Numbered from the stretch's first letter, positions 13,651 through 29,035 are shown. The stretch: 64,000 bases of DNA from Eledone cirrhosa (GCA_964016885.1 OZ024759.1:24118001-24182000), one strand, 5' to 3'. Made by a program: numbers and translations. The notes: generated by a model from the sequence alone, not told the origin.

Positions 13651-15899
13651 AAACCTTTACACTATATCATAACCATTCCTATATTCGTCTTTCCAAGTCA
13701 TGTGCTTTCACACTTTGAGCCCAGTTTACTTCGATATATCTCTATATATCTCTATCTTCCTTTTAACGGAAAACACCATGCTGTCTGGCTATCTCTCACC
13801 GAATCTACCTCATACTCTCTACCTCTTTTTGAGTAATCCCTTGCTTGTCTTTCAAGCAAGTTGGTCTTTACTCCTATGGACGTATAAACCTTTACACTAT
13901 CTCATAATCATTCCTATATTCGTCTTTCCAAGTCATGTGCTTTCACACTTTGAGCCCAGTTTACTTCGATATATCCCTATATATCTCTATTTTCCTTTTA
14001 ACGGAAAACACCATGCTGTCTGGCTATCTCTCTCCCAATCTACCTCATACTCTCTACCTCTTTTTGAGTAATCCCTTTCTTGTCTTTCAAGCAAGTTGGT
14101 CTTTACTCCTATGGACGTATAAACCTTTACACTATCTCATAACCATTCCTATATTCGTCTTTCCAAGTCATGTGCTTTCACACTTTGAGCCCAGTTTACT
14201 TCGATATATCTCTATATATCTCTATTTTCCTTTTAACGGAAAACAGCATGCTGTCTGGCTATCTCTCTCCCAATCTACCTCATACTCTCTACCTCTTTTT
14301 GAGTAATCCCTTGCTTGTCTTTCAAGCAAGTTGGTCTTTGCTCCTATGGACGTATAAACCTTTACACTATCTCATAACCATTCCTATATTCGTCTTTCCA
14401 AAACATGTGCTTTAACACTTTGAGCCCAGTTTACTTCGATATATCCCTATATATCTCTATTTTCCTTTTAACGGAAAACACCATGCTGTCTGGCTCACTC
14501 TCTCCCTTATCTACCTCATGCGATCTACCTCTTTTTGAGTAATCCCTTGCTTGTCTTTCAAGCAAGTTGGTCTTTACTCCTATGGACGTATAAACCTTTA
14601 CACTTTATCATAACCATTCCTATATTCATCTTTCCATGTTATGTGCTTTAACATTTTGAGCCCAGTTTACTTCAAAATATCCCTATATATCTCTATTTTC
14701 CTTTTAACGGAAAACTCCATGCTGTCTGGCTATCTCTCTCCCAATCTACCTCATACTCTCTAGCACTTTTTTAGTAATCCCTTGCTTGTCTTTCAAGCAA
14801 GTTGGTCTTTACTCCTATGGACGTATAAACCTTTACACTATCTCATAACCATTCCTATATTCGGCTTTCCAAGTCATGTGCTTTCACACTTTGAGCCCAG
14901 TTTACTTCGATATATCTCTATATATCTCTATTTTCCTTTTAACGGAAAACACCATGCTGTCTGGCTATCTCTCTCCCAATCTACCTCATACTCTCTACCT
15001 CTTTTTGAGTAATCCCTTGCTTGTCTTTCAAGCAAGTTGGTCTTTACTCCTATGGACGTATAAACCTTTACACTATCTCATAACCATTCCTATATTCGTC
15101 TTTCCAAGTCATGTGCTTTCACACTTTGAGCCCAGTTTACTTCGATATATCTCTATATATCTCTATTTTCCTTTTAACGGAAAACACCATGCTGTCTGGC
15201 TATCTCTCTCCCAATCTACCTCATACTCTCTACCTCTTTTTGAGTAATCCCTTGCTTGTCTTTCAAGCAAGTTGGTCTTTGCTCCTATGGACGTATAAAC
15301 CTTTACACTATCTCATAACCATTCCTATATTCGTCTTTCCAAGTCATGTGCTTTAACACTTTGAGCCCAGTTTACTTCGATATATCGCTATATATCTCTA
15401 TTTTCCTTTTAACGGAAAAAACCATGCTGTCTGGCTATCTCTCTCCCAATCTACCTCATACTCTCTACCTCTTTTTGAGTAATCCCTTGCTTGTCTTTCA
15501 AGCAAGTTGGTCTTTACTCCTATGGACGTATAAACCTTTACACTATATCATAACCATTCCTATATTCGTCTTTCCAAGTCATGTGCTTTCACACTTTGAG
15601 CCCAGTTTACTTCGATATATCTCTATATATCTCTATTTTCCTTTTAACGGAAAACACCATGCTGTCTGGCTATCTCTCTCCCAATCTACCTCATACTCTC
15701 TACCTCTTTTTGAGTAATCCCTTGCCTGTCTTTCAAGCAAGTTGGTCTTTGCTCCTATGGACGTATAAACCTTTACACTATCTCATAACCATTCCTATAT
15801 TCGTCTTTCCAAGTCATGTGCTTTAACACTTTGAGCCCAGTTTACTTCGATATATCCCTATATATCTCTATTTTCCTTTTAACGGAAAACACCATGCTG

Positions 15900-18800
15900 C
15901 CTGGCTCACTCTCTCCCTTATCTACCTCATGCGATCTACCTCTTTTTGAGTAATCCCTTGCTTGTCTTTGAAGCAAGTTGGTCTTTACTCCTATGGACGT
16001 ATAAACCTTTACACTATCTCATAACCATTCCTATATTCGTCTTTCCAAGTCATGTGCTTTCACACTTTGAGCCCAGTTTACTTCGATATATCTCTATATA
16101 TCTCTATCTTCCTTTTAACGGAAAACACCATGCTGTCTGGCTATCTCTCACCGAATCTACCTCATACTCTCTACCTCTTTTTGAGTAATCCCTTGCTTGT
16201 CTTTCAAGCAAGTTGGTTTTTACTCCTATGGACGTATAAACCTTTACACTATCTCATAACCATTCCTATATTCGTCTTTCCAAGTCATGTGCTTTCACAC
16301 TTTGAGCCCAGTTTACTTCGATATATCCCTATATATCTCTATTTTCCTTTTAACGGAAAACACCATGCTGTCTGGCTATCTCTCTCCCAATCTACCTCAT
16401 ACTCTCTACCTCTTTTTGAGTAATCCCTTGCTTGTCTTTCAAGCAAGTTGGTCTTTACTCCTATGGACGTATAAACCTTTACACTATCTCATAACCATTC
16501 CTATATTCGTCTTTCCAAGTCATGTGCTTTCACACTTTGAGCCCAGTTTACTTCGATATATCTCTATATATCTCTATTTTCCTTTTAACGGAAAACACCA
16601 TGCTGTTTGGCTATCTCTCTCCCAATCTACCTCATACTCTCTACCTCTTTTTGAGTAATCCCTGGCTTGTCTTTCAAGCAAGTTGGTCTTTGCTCCTATG
16701 GACGTATAAACCTTTACACTATCTCATAACCATTCCTATATTCGTCTTTCCAAAACATGTGCTTTAACACTTTGAGCCCAGTTTACTTCGATATATCCCT
16801 ATATATCTCTATTTTCCTTTTAACGGAAAACACCTTGCTGTCTTGCTATCTCTCTCCCAATCTACCTCATACTCTCTACCTCTTTTTGAGTAACCCTTGC
16901 TTGTCTTTCAAGCAAGTTGGTCTTTACTCCTTTGGACGTAAAAACCTTTACACTATCTCATAACCATTCCTATATTCGTCTTTCCAAAACATGTGCTTTA
17001 ACACTTTGAGCCCAGTTTACTTCGATATATCCCTATATATCTCTATTTTCCTTTTAACGGAAAACACCATGCTGTCTGGCTCTCTCTCTCCCTTATCTAG
17101 CTCATACGATCTACCTCTTTTTGAGTAATCCCTTGCTTGTCTTTCAAGCAAGTTGGTCTTTACTCCCATGGACGTATAAACCTTTACACTATCTCATAAC
17201 CATTCCCATATTCGTCTTTCCAAGTCATGTGCTTTAACACTTTGAGCCCGGTTTACTTCGATATATCTCTATATATCTCTATTTTCCTTTTAACGGAAAA
17301 CACCATGCTGTCTGGCTATCTCTCTCCCAATCTACCTCATACTCTCTACCTCTTTTTGAGTAATCCCTTGCTTGTCTTTCAAGCAAGTTGGTCTTTACTC
17401 CTATGGACGTATAAACCTTTACACTATCTCATAACCATTCCTATATTCGTCTTTCCAAGTCATGTGCTTTCACACTTTGAGCCCAGTTTACTTCGATATA
17501 TCTCTATATATCTCTATGTTCTTTTTAACGGAAAACACCATGCTGTCTGGCTATCTCTCTCCCAATCTACCTCATACTCTCTAGCACTTTTTTAGTAATC
17601 CCTTGCTTGTCTTTCAAGCAAGTTGGTCTTTACTCCTATGGACGTATAAACCTTTACACTATCTCATAACCATTCCTATATTCGTCTTTCCAAGTCATGT
17701 ACTTTCACACTTTGAGCCCAGTTTACTTCGATATATCTCTATATATTTCAATTTTCCTTTTAACGGAAAACACCATGCTGTCTGGCTCTCTCTCTCCCAA
17801 TCTACCTCATACTCTCCACCTCTTTTTGAGTAATCCCTTGCTTGTCTTTCAAGCAAGTTGGTCTTTGCTCCTATGGACATATAAACCTTTACACTATCTC
17901 ATAACCATTCCTATATTCGTCTTTCCAAAACATGTGCTTTAACACTTTGAGCCCAGTTTACTTCGATATATCCCTATATATCTCTATTTTCCTTTTAACG
18001 GAAAACACCATGCTGTCTGGCTCACTCTCTCCCTTATCTACCTCATGCGTTCTACCTCTTTTTGAGTAATCCCTTGCTTGTCTTTCAAGCAAGTTGGTCT
18101 TTACTCCTATGGACGTATAAACCTTTACACTATCTCATAACCATTCCTATATTCGTCTTTCCAAGTCATGTGCTTTCACACTTTGAGCCCAGTTTACTTC
18201 GATATATCTCTATATATCTCTATCTTCCTTTTAACGGAAAACACCATGCTGTCTGGCTATCTCTCACCGAATCTACCTCATACTCTCTACCTCTTTTTGA
18301 GTAATCCCTTGCTTGTCTTTCAAGCAAGTTGGTCTTTACTCCTATGGACGTATAAACCTTTACACTATCTCATAACCATTCCTATATTCGTCTTTCCAAG
18401 TCATGTGCTTTCACACTTTGAGCCCAGTTTACTTCGATATATCGCTATATATCTCTATTTTCCTTTTAACGGAAAACACCATGCTGTCTGGCTATCTCTC
18501 TCCCAATCTACCTCATACTCTCTACCTCTTTTTGAGTAATCCCTTGCTTGTCTTTCAAGCAAGTTGGTCTTTACTCCTATGGACGTATAAACCTTTACAC
18601 TATCTCATAACCATTCCTATATTCGTCTTTCCAAGTCATGTGCTTTCACACTTTGAGCCCAGTTTACTTCGATATATCTCTATATATCTCTATTTTCCTT
18701 TTAACGGAAAACACCATGCTGTTTGGCTATCTCTCTCCCAATCTACCTCATACTCTCTACCTCTTTTTGAGTAATCCCTGGCTTGTCTTTCAAGCAAGTT

Positions 18801-19680
18801 GGTCTTTGCTCCTATGGACGTATAAACCTTTACACTATCTCATAACCATTCCTATATTCGTCTTTCCAAAACATGTGCTTTAACACTTTGAGCCCAGTTT
18901 ACTTCGATATATCCCTATATATCTCTATTTTCCTTTTAACGGAAAACACCTTGCTGTCTTGCTATCTCTCTCCCAATCTACCTCATACTCTCTACCTCTT
19001 TTTGAGTAACCCTTGCTTGTCTTTCAAGCAAGTTGGTCTTTACTCCTTTGGACGTAAAAACCTTTACACTATCTCATAACCATTCCTATATTCGTCTTTC
19101 CAAAACATGTGCTTTAACACTTTGAGCCCAGTTTACTTCGATATATCCCTATATATCTCTATTTTCCTTTTAACGGAAAACACCATGCTGTCTGGCTCTC
19201 TCTCTCCCTTATCTACCTCATACGATCTACCTCTTTTTGAGTAATCCCTTGCTTGTCTTTCAAGCAAGTTGGTCTTTACTCCCATGGACGTATAAACCTT
19301 TACACTATCTCATAACCATTCCCATATTCGTCTTTCCAAGTCATGTGCTTTAACACTTTGAGCCCGGTTTACTTCGATATATCTCTATATATCTCTATTT
19401 TCCTTTTAACGGAAAACACCATGCTGTCTGGCTATCTCTCTCCCAATCTACCTCATACTCTCTACCTCTTTTTGAGTAATCCCTTGCTTGTCTTTCAAGC
19501 AAGTTGGTCTTTACTCCTATGGACGTATAAACCTTTACACTATCTCATAACCATTCCTATATTCGTCTTTCCAAGTCATGTGCTTTCACACTTTGAGCCC
19601 AGTTTACTTCGATATATCTCTATATATCTCTATGTTCTTTTTAACGGAAAACACCATGCTGTCTGGCTATCTCTCTCCCA
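15900..19680 (+). repeat. Higher-order duplication: 9-monomer block (2116 bp) x about 1.8
   Basis: CCCTGGCTTG (about 16660/18776), TTTGGACGTAAAAA (about 16931/19047), CATACGATC and TATGTTCTTT (about 17515/19631) are shared. ORF pairs 16522/18638, 16757/18873 and 17227/19343 are offset by 2116. Confidence 0.9.
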
Positions 19681-22600
19681 ATCTACCTCATACTCTCCAC
19701 CTCTTTTTGAGTAATCCCTTGCTTGTCTTTCAAGCAAGTTGGTCTTTACTCCTATGGACGTATAAACCTTTACACTATCTCATAACCATTCCTATATTCG
19801 TCTTTCCAAGTCATGTGCTTTCACACTTTGAGCCCAGTTTACTTCGATATATCTCTATATATCTCTATTTTCCTTTTAACGGAAAACACCATGCTGTCTG
19901 GCTATCTCTCTCCCAATCTACCTCATACTCTCTACCTCTTTTTGAGTAATCCCTTGTTTGTCTTTCAAGCAAGTTGGTCTTTACTCCTATGGACGTATAA
20001 ACCTTTACACTATCTCATAACCATTCCTATATTCGTCTTTCCAAGTCATGTCCTTTCACACTTTGAGCCCAGTTTACTTCGATCTATCTCTATATATCTC
20101 TATTTTCCTTTTAACGGAAAACACCATGCTGTCTGGCTATCTCTCTCCCAATCTACCTCATACTCTCTACCTCTTTTTGAGTAATCCCTTGCTTGTCTTT
20201 CAAGCAAGTTGGTCTTTGCTCCTATGGACGTATAAACCTTTACACTATCTCATAACCATTCCTATATTCGTCTTTCCAAAACATGTGCTTTAACACTTTG
20301 AGCCCAGTTTACTTCGATATATCCCTATATATCTCTATTTTCCTTTTAACGGAAAACACCATGCTGCCTGGCTCACTCTCTCCCTTATCTACCTCATGCG
20401 ATCTACCTCTTTTTGAGTAATCCCTTGCTTGTCTTTCAAGCAAGTTGGTCTTTACTCCTATGGACGTATAAACCTTTACACTATCTCATAACCATTCCTA
20501 TATTCGTCTTTCCAAAACATATGCTTTAACACTTTGAGCCCAGTTTACTTCGATATATCCCTATATATCTCTATTTTCCTTTTAACGGAAAACACCTTGC
20601 TGTCTTGCTATCTCTCTCCCAATCTACCTCATACTCTCTACCTCTTTTTGAGTAACCCTTGCTTGTCTTTCAAGCAAGTTGGTCTTTACTCCTATGGACG
20701 TATAAACCTTTACACTATCTCATAACCATTCCTATATTCATCTTTCCAAAACATGTGCTTTAACACTTTGAGCCCGGTTAACTTCGATATATCTCTATAT
20801 ATCTCTATTTTCCTTTTAACGGAAAACACCATGCTGTCTGGCTATCTCTTTCCCAATCTACCTCATACTCTCTACCTCTTTTTGAGTAATCCCTTGCTTG
20901 TCTCTCAAGCAAGTTGGTCTTTACTCCTATGGACGTATAAACCTTTACACTATCTCATAACCATTCCTATATTCGTCTTTCCAAGTCATGTGCTTTCACA
21001 CTTTGAGCCCAGTTTACTTCGATATATCTCTATATATCTCTATCTTCTTTTTAACGGAAAACACCATGCTGTCTGGCTATCTCTCTCCCAATCTACCTCA
21101 TACTCTCTAGCACTTTTTTAGTAATCCCTTGCTTGTCTTTCAAGCAAGTTGGTCTTTACTCCTATGGACGTATAAACCTTTACACTATCTCATAACCATT
21201 CCTATATTCGTCTTTCCAAGTCATGTGCTTTCACACTTTGAGCCCAGTTTACTTCGATATATCTCTATATATCTCTATTTTCCTTTTAACGGAAAACACC
21301 ATGCTGTCTGGCTATCTCTCTCCCAATCTACCTCATACTCTCTACCTCTTTTTGAGTAATCCCTTGCTTGTCTTTCAAGCAAGTTGGTCTTTACTCCTAT
21401 GGACGTATAAACCTTTACACTATCTCATAACCATTCCTATATTCGTCTTTCCAAGTCATGTGCTTTCACACTTTGAGCCCAGTTTACTTCGATATATCTC
21501 TATATATCTCTATCTTCCTTTTAACGGAAAACACCATGCTGTCTGGCTATCTCTCACCCAATCTACCTCATACTCTTACCTCTTTTTGAGTAATCCCTTG
21601 CTTGTCTTTCAAGCAAGTTGGTCTTTACTCCTATGGACGTATAAACCTTTACACTATCTCATAACCATTCCTATATTCGTCTTTCCAAGTCATGTGCTTT
21701 AACACTTTGAGCCCAGTTTACTTCGATATATCCCTATATATCTCTATTTTCCTTTTAACGGAAAACACCATGCTGTCTGGCTCACTCTCTCCCTTATCTA
21801 CCTCATGCGATCTACCTCTTTTTTAGTAATCCCTTGCTTGTCTTTCAAGCAAGTTGGTCTTTACTCCTATGGACGTATAAACCTTTACACTATCTCATAA
21901 CCATTCCTATATTCGTCTTTCCAAGTCATGTGCTTTCACACTTTGAGCCCAGTTTACTTCGATATATCTCTATATATCTCTATTTTCCTTTTAACGGAAA
22001 ACACCATGCTGTCTGGCTATCTCTCTCCCAATCTACCTCATACTCTCTACCTCTTTTTGAGTAATCCCTTGCTTGTCTTCCAAGCAAGTTGGTCTTTACT
22101 CCTATGGACGTATAAACCTTTACACTATCTCATAACCATTCCTATATTCGTCTTTCCAAGTCATGTGCTTTCACACTTTGAGCCCAGTTTACTTCGATAT
22201 ATCTCTATATATCTCTATCTTCCTTTTAACGGAAAACACCATGCTGTCTGGCTATCTCACACCCAATCTATCTCATACTCTCTACCTCTTTTTGAGTAAT
22301 CCCTTGCTTGTCTTTCAAGCAAGTTGGTCTTTACTCCTATGGACGTATAAGCCTTTACACTATCTCATAACCATTCCTATATTCGTCTTTGCAAGTCATG
22401 TGCATTAACACTTTGAGCCCAGTTTACTTCGATATATCTCTATATATCTCTATTTTCCTTTTAACGGAAAACACCATGCTGTCTGGCTATCTCTCTCCCA
22501 ATCTACCTCATACTCTCTACCTCTTTTTGAGTAATCCCTTGTTTGTCTTTCAAGCAAGTTGGTCTTTACTCCTATGGACGTATAAACCTTTACACTATCT

Positions 22601-25600
22601 CATAACCATTCCTATATTCGTCTTTCCAAGTCATGTGCTTTCACACTTTGAGCCCAGTTTACTTCGATATATCTCTATATATCTCTATTTTCCTTTTAAC
22701 GGAAAACACCATGCTGTCTGGCTATCTCTCTCCCAATCTACCTCATACTCTCTACCACTTTTTGAGTAATCCCTTGCTTGTCTTTTAAGCAAGTTGGTCT
22801 TTACTCCTATGGACGTATAAACCTTTACACTATCTCATAACCATTCCTATATTCGTCTTTCCAAGTCAGGTGCTTTCACACTTTGAGCCCAGTTTACTTC
22901 GATATATCTCTATATATCTCTATCTTCCTTTTAACGGAAAACCCCATGCTGTCTGGCTATCTCTCACCCAATCTACCTCATACTCTCTACCTCTTTTTGA
23001 GTAATCCCTTGCTTGTCTTTCAAGCAAGTTGGTCTTTACTCCTATGGACGTATAAACCTTTACACTATCTCATAACCATTCCTATATTCGTCTTTCCAAA
23101 ACATGTGCTTTAACACTTTGAGCCCAGTTTACTTCGATATATCCCTATATATCTCTATTTTCCTTTTAACGGAAAACACCATGCTGTCTGGCTATCTCTC
23201 TCCCAATCTACCTCATACTCTCTACCTCTTTTTGAGTAATCCCTTGCTTGTCTTTTAAGCAAGTTGGTCTTTACTCCTATGGATGTATAAACCTTTACAC
23301 TATCTCATAACCATTCCTATATTCGTCTTTCCAAGTCATGTGCTTTCACACTTTGAGCCCAGTTTACTTCGATATATCTCTATATATCTCTATCTTCCTT
23401 TTAACGGAAAACACCATGCTGTCTGGCTATCTCTCACCCAATCTACCTCATACTCTCTACCTCTTTTTGAGTAATCCCTTGCTTGTCTTTCAAGCAAGTT
23501 GGTCTTTACTCCTATGGACGTATAAACCTTTACACTATCTCATAACCATTCCTATATTCGTCTTTCCAAAACATGTGCTTTAACACTTTGAGCCCAGTTT
23601 ACTTCGATATATCCCTATATATCTCTATTTTCCTTTTAACGGAAAACACCATGCTGTCTGGCTCACTCTCTCCCTTATCTACCTCATGCGATCTACCTCT
23701 TTTTGAGTAATCCCTTGCTTGTCTTTCAAGCAAGTTGGTCTTTACTACTATGGACGTATAAACCTTTACACTATCTCATAACCATTCCTATATTCGTCTT
23801 TCCAAGTCATGTGCTTTCACACTTTGAGCCCAGTTTACTTCGATATATCTCTATATATCTCTATCTTCCTTTTAACGGAAAACACCATGCTGTCTGGCTC
23901 ACTCTCTCCCTTATCTACCTCATGCGATCTACCTCTTTTTGAGTAATCCCTTGCTTGTCTTTCAAGCAAGTTGGTCTTTACTCCTATGGACGTATAAACC
24001 TTTACACTATCTCATAACCATTCCTATATTCGTCTTTCCAAGTCATGTGCTTTCACACTTTGAGCCCAGTTTACTTCGATATATCTCTATATATCTCTAT
24101 TTTCCTTTTAACGGAAAACACCATGCTGTCTGGCTATCTCTCTCCCAATCTACCTCATACTCTCTACCTCTTTTTGTGTAATCCCTTGCTTGTCTTCCAA
24201 GCAAGTTGGTCTTTACTCCTATGGACGTATAAACCTTTACACTATCTCATAACCATTCCTATATTCGTCTTTCCAAGTCATGTGCTTTCACACTTTGAGC
24301 CCAGTTTACTTCGATATATCTCTATATATCTCTATTTTCCTTTTAACGGAAACCACCATGCTGTCTGGCTATCTCTCTCCCAATCTACCTCATACTCTCT
24401 ACCTCTTTTTGAGTAATCCCTTGCTTGTCTTTCCAGCAAGTTGGTCTTTACTCCTATGGACGTATAAACCTTTACACTATCTCATAACCATTCCTATATT
24501 CGTCTTTCCAAGTCATGTGCTTTCACACTTTGAGCCCAGTTTACTTCGATATATCTCTATATATCTCTATCTTCCTTTTAACGGAAAACACCATGCTGTC
24601 TGGCTATCTCTCTCCCAATCTACCTCATACTCTCTAGCACTTTTTTAGTAATCCCTTGCTTGTCTTTCTAGCAAGTTGGTCTTTACTCCTATGGACGTAT
24701 AAACCTTTACACTATCTCATAACCATTCCTATATTCGTCTTTCCAAGTCATGTGTTTTCACACTTTGAGCCCAGTTTACTTCGATATATCTCTATATATC
24801 TCTACTTTCCTTTTAACGGAAAACACCATGCTGTCTGGCTATCTCTCTCCCAATCTACCTCATACTCTCTACCTCTTTTTGAGTAATCCCTTGCTTGTCT
24901 TTCAAGCAAGTTGGTCTTTACTCCTATGGACGTATAAACCTTTACACTATCTCATAACCATTCCTATATTCGTCTTTCCAAGTCATGTGCTTTCACACTT
25001 TGAGCCCAGTTTACTTCGATATATCTCTATATATCTCTATTTTCCTTTTAACGGAAAACACCATGCTGTCTGGCTATCTCTCTCCCAATCTACCTCATAC
25101 TCTCTACCTCTTTTTGAGTAATCCCTTGCTTGTCTTTCAAGCAAGTTGGTCTTTACTCCTATGGACGTATAAACCTTTACACTATCTCATAACCATTCCT
25201 ATATTCGTCTTTCCAAGTCATGTGCTTTCACACTTTGAGCCCAGTTTACTTCGATATATCTCTATATAGCTCTATCTTCCTTTTAACGGAAAACACCATG
25301 CTGTCTGGCTATCTCTCACCCAATCTACCTCATACTCTCTACCTCTTTTTGAGTAATCCCTTGCTTGTCTTTCAAGCAAGTTGGTGTTTACTCCTATGGA
25401 CGTATAAACCCTTACACTATCTCATAACCATTCCTATATTCGTCTTTCCAAGTCATGTGCTTTCACACTTTGAGCCCAGTTTACTTCGATATATCTCTAT
25501 ATATCTCTATCTTCCTTTTAACGGAAAACACCATGCTGTCTGGCTATCTCTCACCCAATCTACCTCATACTCTCTACCTCTTTTTGAGTAATCCCTTGCT

Positions 25601-28600
25601 TGTCTTTCAAGCAAGTTGGTCTTTACTCCTATGGACGTATAAGCCTTTACACTATCTCATAACCATTCCTATATTCGTCTTTCCAAGTCATGTGCTTTCA
25701 CACTTTGAGCCCAGTTTACTTCGATATATCTCTATATATCTCTATTTTCCTTTTAACGGAAACCACCATGCTGTCTGGCTATCTCTCTCCCAATCTACCT
25801 CATACTCTCTACCTCTTTTTGAGTAATCCCTTGCTTGTCTTTCCAGCAAGTTGGTCTTTACTCCTATGGACGTATAAACCTTTACACTATCTCATAACCA
25901 TTCCTATATTCGTCTTTCCAAGTCATGTGCTTTCACACTTTGAGCCCAGTTTACTTCGATATATCTCTATATATCTCTATTTTCCTTTTAACGGAAAACA
26001 CCATGCTGTCTGGCTATCTCTCTCCCAATCTACCTCATACTCTCTACCTCTTTTTGAGTAATCCCTTGCTTGTCTTCCAAGCAAGTTGGTCTTTACTCCT
26101 ATGGACGTATAAACCTTTACACTATCTCATAACCATTCCTATATTCGTCTTTCCAAGTCATGTGCTTTCACACTTTGAGCCCAGTTTACTTCGATATATC
26201 TCTATATATCTCTATCTTCCTTTTAACGGAAAACACCATGCTGTCTGGCTATCTCTCACCCAATCTATCTCATACTCTCTACCTCTTTTTGAGTAATCCC
26301 TTGCTTGTCTTTCAAGCAAGTTGGTCTTTACTCCTATGGACGTATAAGCCTTTACACTATCTCATAACCATTCCTATATTCGTCTTTGCAAGTCATGTGC
26401 ATTAACACTTTGAGCCCAGTTTACTTCGATATATCTCTATATATCTCTATCTTCCTTTTAACGGAAAACACCATGCTGTCTGGCTATCTCTCACCCAATC
26501 TACCTCATACTCTCTACCTCTTTTTGAGTAATCCCTTGCTTGTCTTTCAAGCAAGTTGGTCTTTACTCCTATGGACGTATAAACCTTTACACTATCTCAT
26601 AACCATTCCTATATTCGTCTTTCCAAAACATGTGCTTTAACACTTTGAGCCCAGTTTACTTCGATATATCCCTATATATCTCTATTTTCCTTTTAACGGA
26701 AAACACCATGCTGTCTGGCTCACTCTCTCCCTTATCTACCTCATGCGATCTACCTCTTTTTGAGTAATCCCTTGCTTGTCTTTCAAGCAAGTTGGTCTTT
26801 ACTACTATGGACGTATAAACCTTTACACTATCTCATAACCATTCCTATATTCGTCTTTCCAAGTCATGTGCTTTCACACTTTGAGCCCAGTTTACTTCGA
26901 TATATCTCTATATATCTCTATCTTCCTTTTAACGGAAAACACCATGCTGTCTGGCTATCTCTCTCCCAATCTACCTCATACTCTCTACCTCTTTTTGAGT
27001 AATCCCTTGCTTGTCTTTCAAGCAAGTTGGTCTTTACTCCTATGGACGTATAAACCTTTACACTATCTCATAACCATTCCTATATTCGTCTTTCCAAGTC
27101 ATGTGCTTTCACACTTTGAGCCCAGTTTACTTCGATATATCTCTATATATCTCTATCTTCCTTTTAACGGAAAACACCATGCTGTCTGGCTATCTCTCTC
27201 CCAATCTACCTCATACTCTCTAGCACTTTTTTAGTAATCCCTTGCTTGTCTTTCTAGCAAGTTGGTCTTTACTCCTATGGACGTATAAACCTTTACACTA
27301 TCTCATAACCATTCCTATATTCGTCTTTCCAAGTCATGTGTTTTCACACTTTGAGCCCAGTTTACTTCGATATATCTCTATATATCTCTACTTTCCTTTT
27401 AACGGAAAACACCATGCTGTCTGGCTATCTCTCTCCCAATCTACCTCATACTCTCTACCTCTTTTTGAGTAATCCCTTGCTTGTCTTTCAAGCAAGTTGG
27501 TCTTTACTCCTATGGACGTATAAACCTTTACACTATCTCATAACCATTCCTATATTCGTCTTTCCAAGTCATGTGCTTTCACACTTTGAGCCCAGTTTAC
27601 TTCGATATATCTCTATATATCTCTATTTTCCTTTTAACGGAAAACACCATGCTGTCTGGCTATCTCTCTCCCAATCTACCTCATACTCTCTACCTCTTTT
27701 TGAGTAATCCCTTGCTTGTCTTTCAAGCAAGTTGGTCTTTACTCCTATGGACGTATAAACCTTTACACTATCTCATAACCATTCCTATATTCGTCTTTCC
27801 AAGTCATGTGCTTTCACACTTTGAGCCCAGTTTACTTCGATATATCTCTATATATCTCTATTTTCCTTTTAACGGAAAACACCATGCTGTCTGGCTATCT
27901 CTCTCCCAATCTACCTCATACTCTCTACCTCTTTTTGTGTAATCCCTTGCTTGTCTTCCAAGCAAGTTGGTCTTTACTCCTATGGACGTATAAACCTTTA
28001 CACTATCTCATAACCATTCCTATATTCGTCTTTCCAAGTCATGTGCTTTCACACTTTGAGCCCAGTTTACTTCGATATATCTCTATATATCTCTATCTTC
28101 CTTTTAACGGAAAACACCATGCTGTCTGGCTATCTCTCACCCAATCTATCTCATACTCTCTACCTCTTTTTGAGTAATCCCTTGCTTGTCTTTCAAGCAA
28201 GTTGGTCTTTACTCCTATGGACGTATAAACCTTTACACTATCTCATAACCATTCCTATATTCGTCTTTCCAAGTCATGTGCATTAACACTTTGAGCCCAG
28301 TTTACTTCGATATATCTCTATATATCTCTATTTTCCTTTTAACGGAAACCACCATGCTGTCTGGCTATCTCTCTCCCAATCTACCTCATACTCTCTACCT
28401 CTTTTTGAGTAATCCCTTGCTTGTCTTTCCAGCAAGTTGGTCTTTACTCCTATGGACGTATAAACCTTTACACTATCTCATAACCATTCCTATATTCGTC
28501 TTTCCAAGTCATGTGCTTTCACACTTTGAGCCCAGTTTACTTCGATATATCTCTATATATCTCTATCTTCCTTTTAACGGAAAACACCATGCTGTCTGGC

Positions 28601-29035
28601 TATCTCTCTCCCAATCTACCTCATACTCTCTAGCACTTTTTTAGTAATCCCTTGCTTGTCTTTCTAGCAAGTTGGTCTTTACTCCTATGGACGTATAAAC
28701 CTTTACACTATCTCATAACCATTCCTATATTCGTCTTTCCAAGTCATGTGTTTTCACACTTTGAGCCCAGTTTACTTCGATATATCTCTATATATCTCTA
28801 CTTTCCTTTTAACGGAAAACACCATGCTGTCTGGCTATCTCTCTCCCAATCTACCTCATACTCTCTACCTCTTTTTGAGTAATCCCTTGCTTGTCTTTCA
28901 AGCAAGTTGGTCTTTACTCCTATGGACGTATAAACCTTTACACTATCTCATAACCATTCCTATATTCGTCTTTCCAAGTCATGTGCTTTCACACTTTGAG
29001 CCCAGTTTACTTCGATATATCTCTATATATCTCTA

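Noticed and set aside
17695-17880. Single 61-aa minus-strand ORF
   Set aside because: It arises from chance point mutations in one monomer that create a start codon and remove stops. There is no coding evidence.
21223-21702. Longest ORF (159 aa)
   Set aside because: It is produced by a 1-bp deletion at about 21577 that fuses repeat frames, so the peptide simply repeats itself.
25405-25412. Telomere-like motifs (AAACCCT variant; TAACCC in the -1 variant)
   Set aside because: They are isolated single copies created by point variants, not tandem telomeric tracts.
28926-28936. TATA-box-like TATAAA next to an ACGT core in every monomer
   Set aside because: Such short motifs are expected by chance in AT-rich DNA, and there is no other promoter evidence.
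29011-29027. CENP-B box at TTCGATATA...
   Set aside because: It matches TTCG-N4-A but lacks the required CGGG, so it is not a canonical box.
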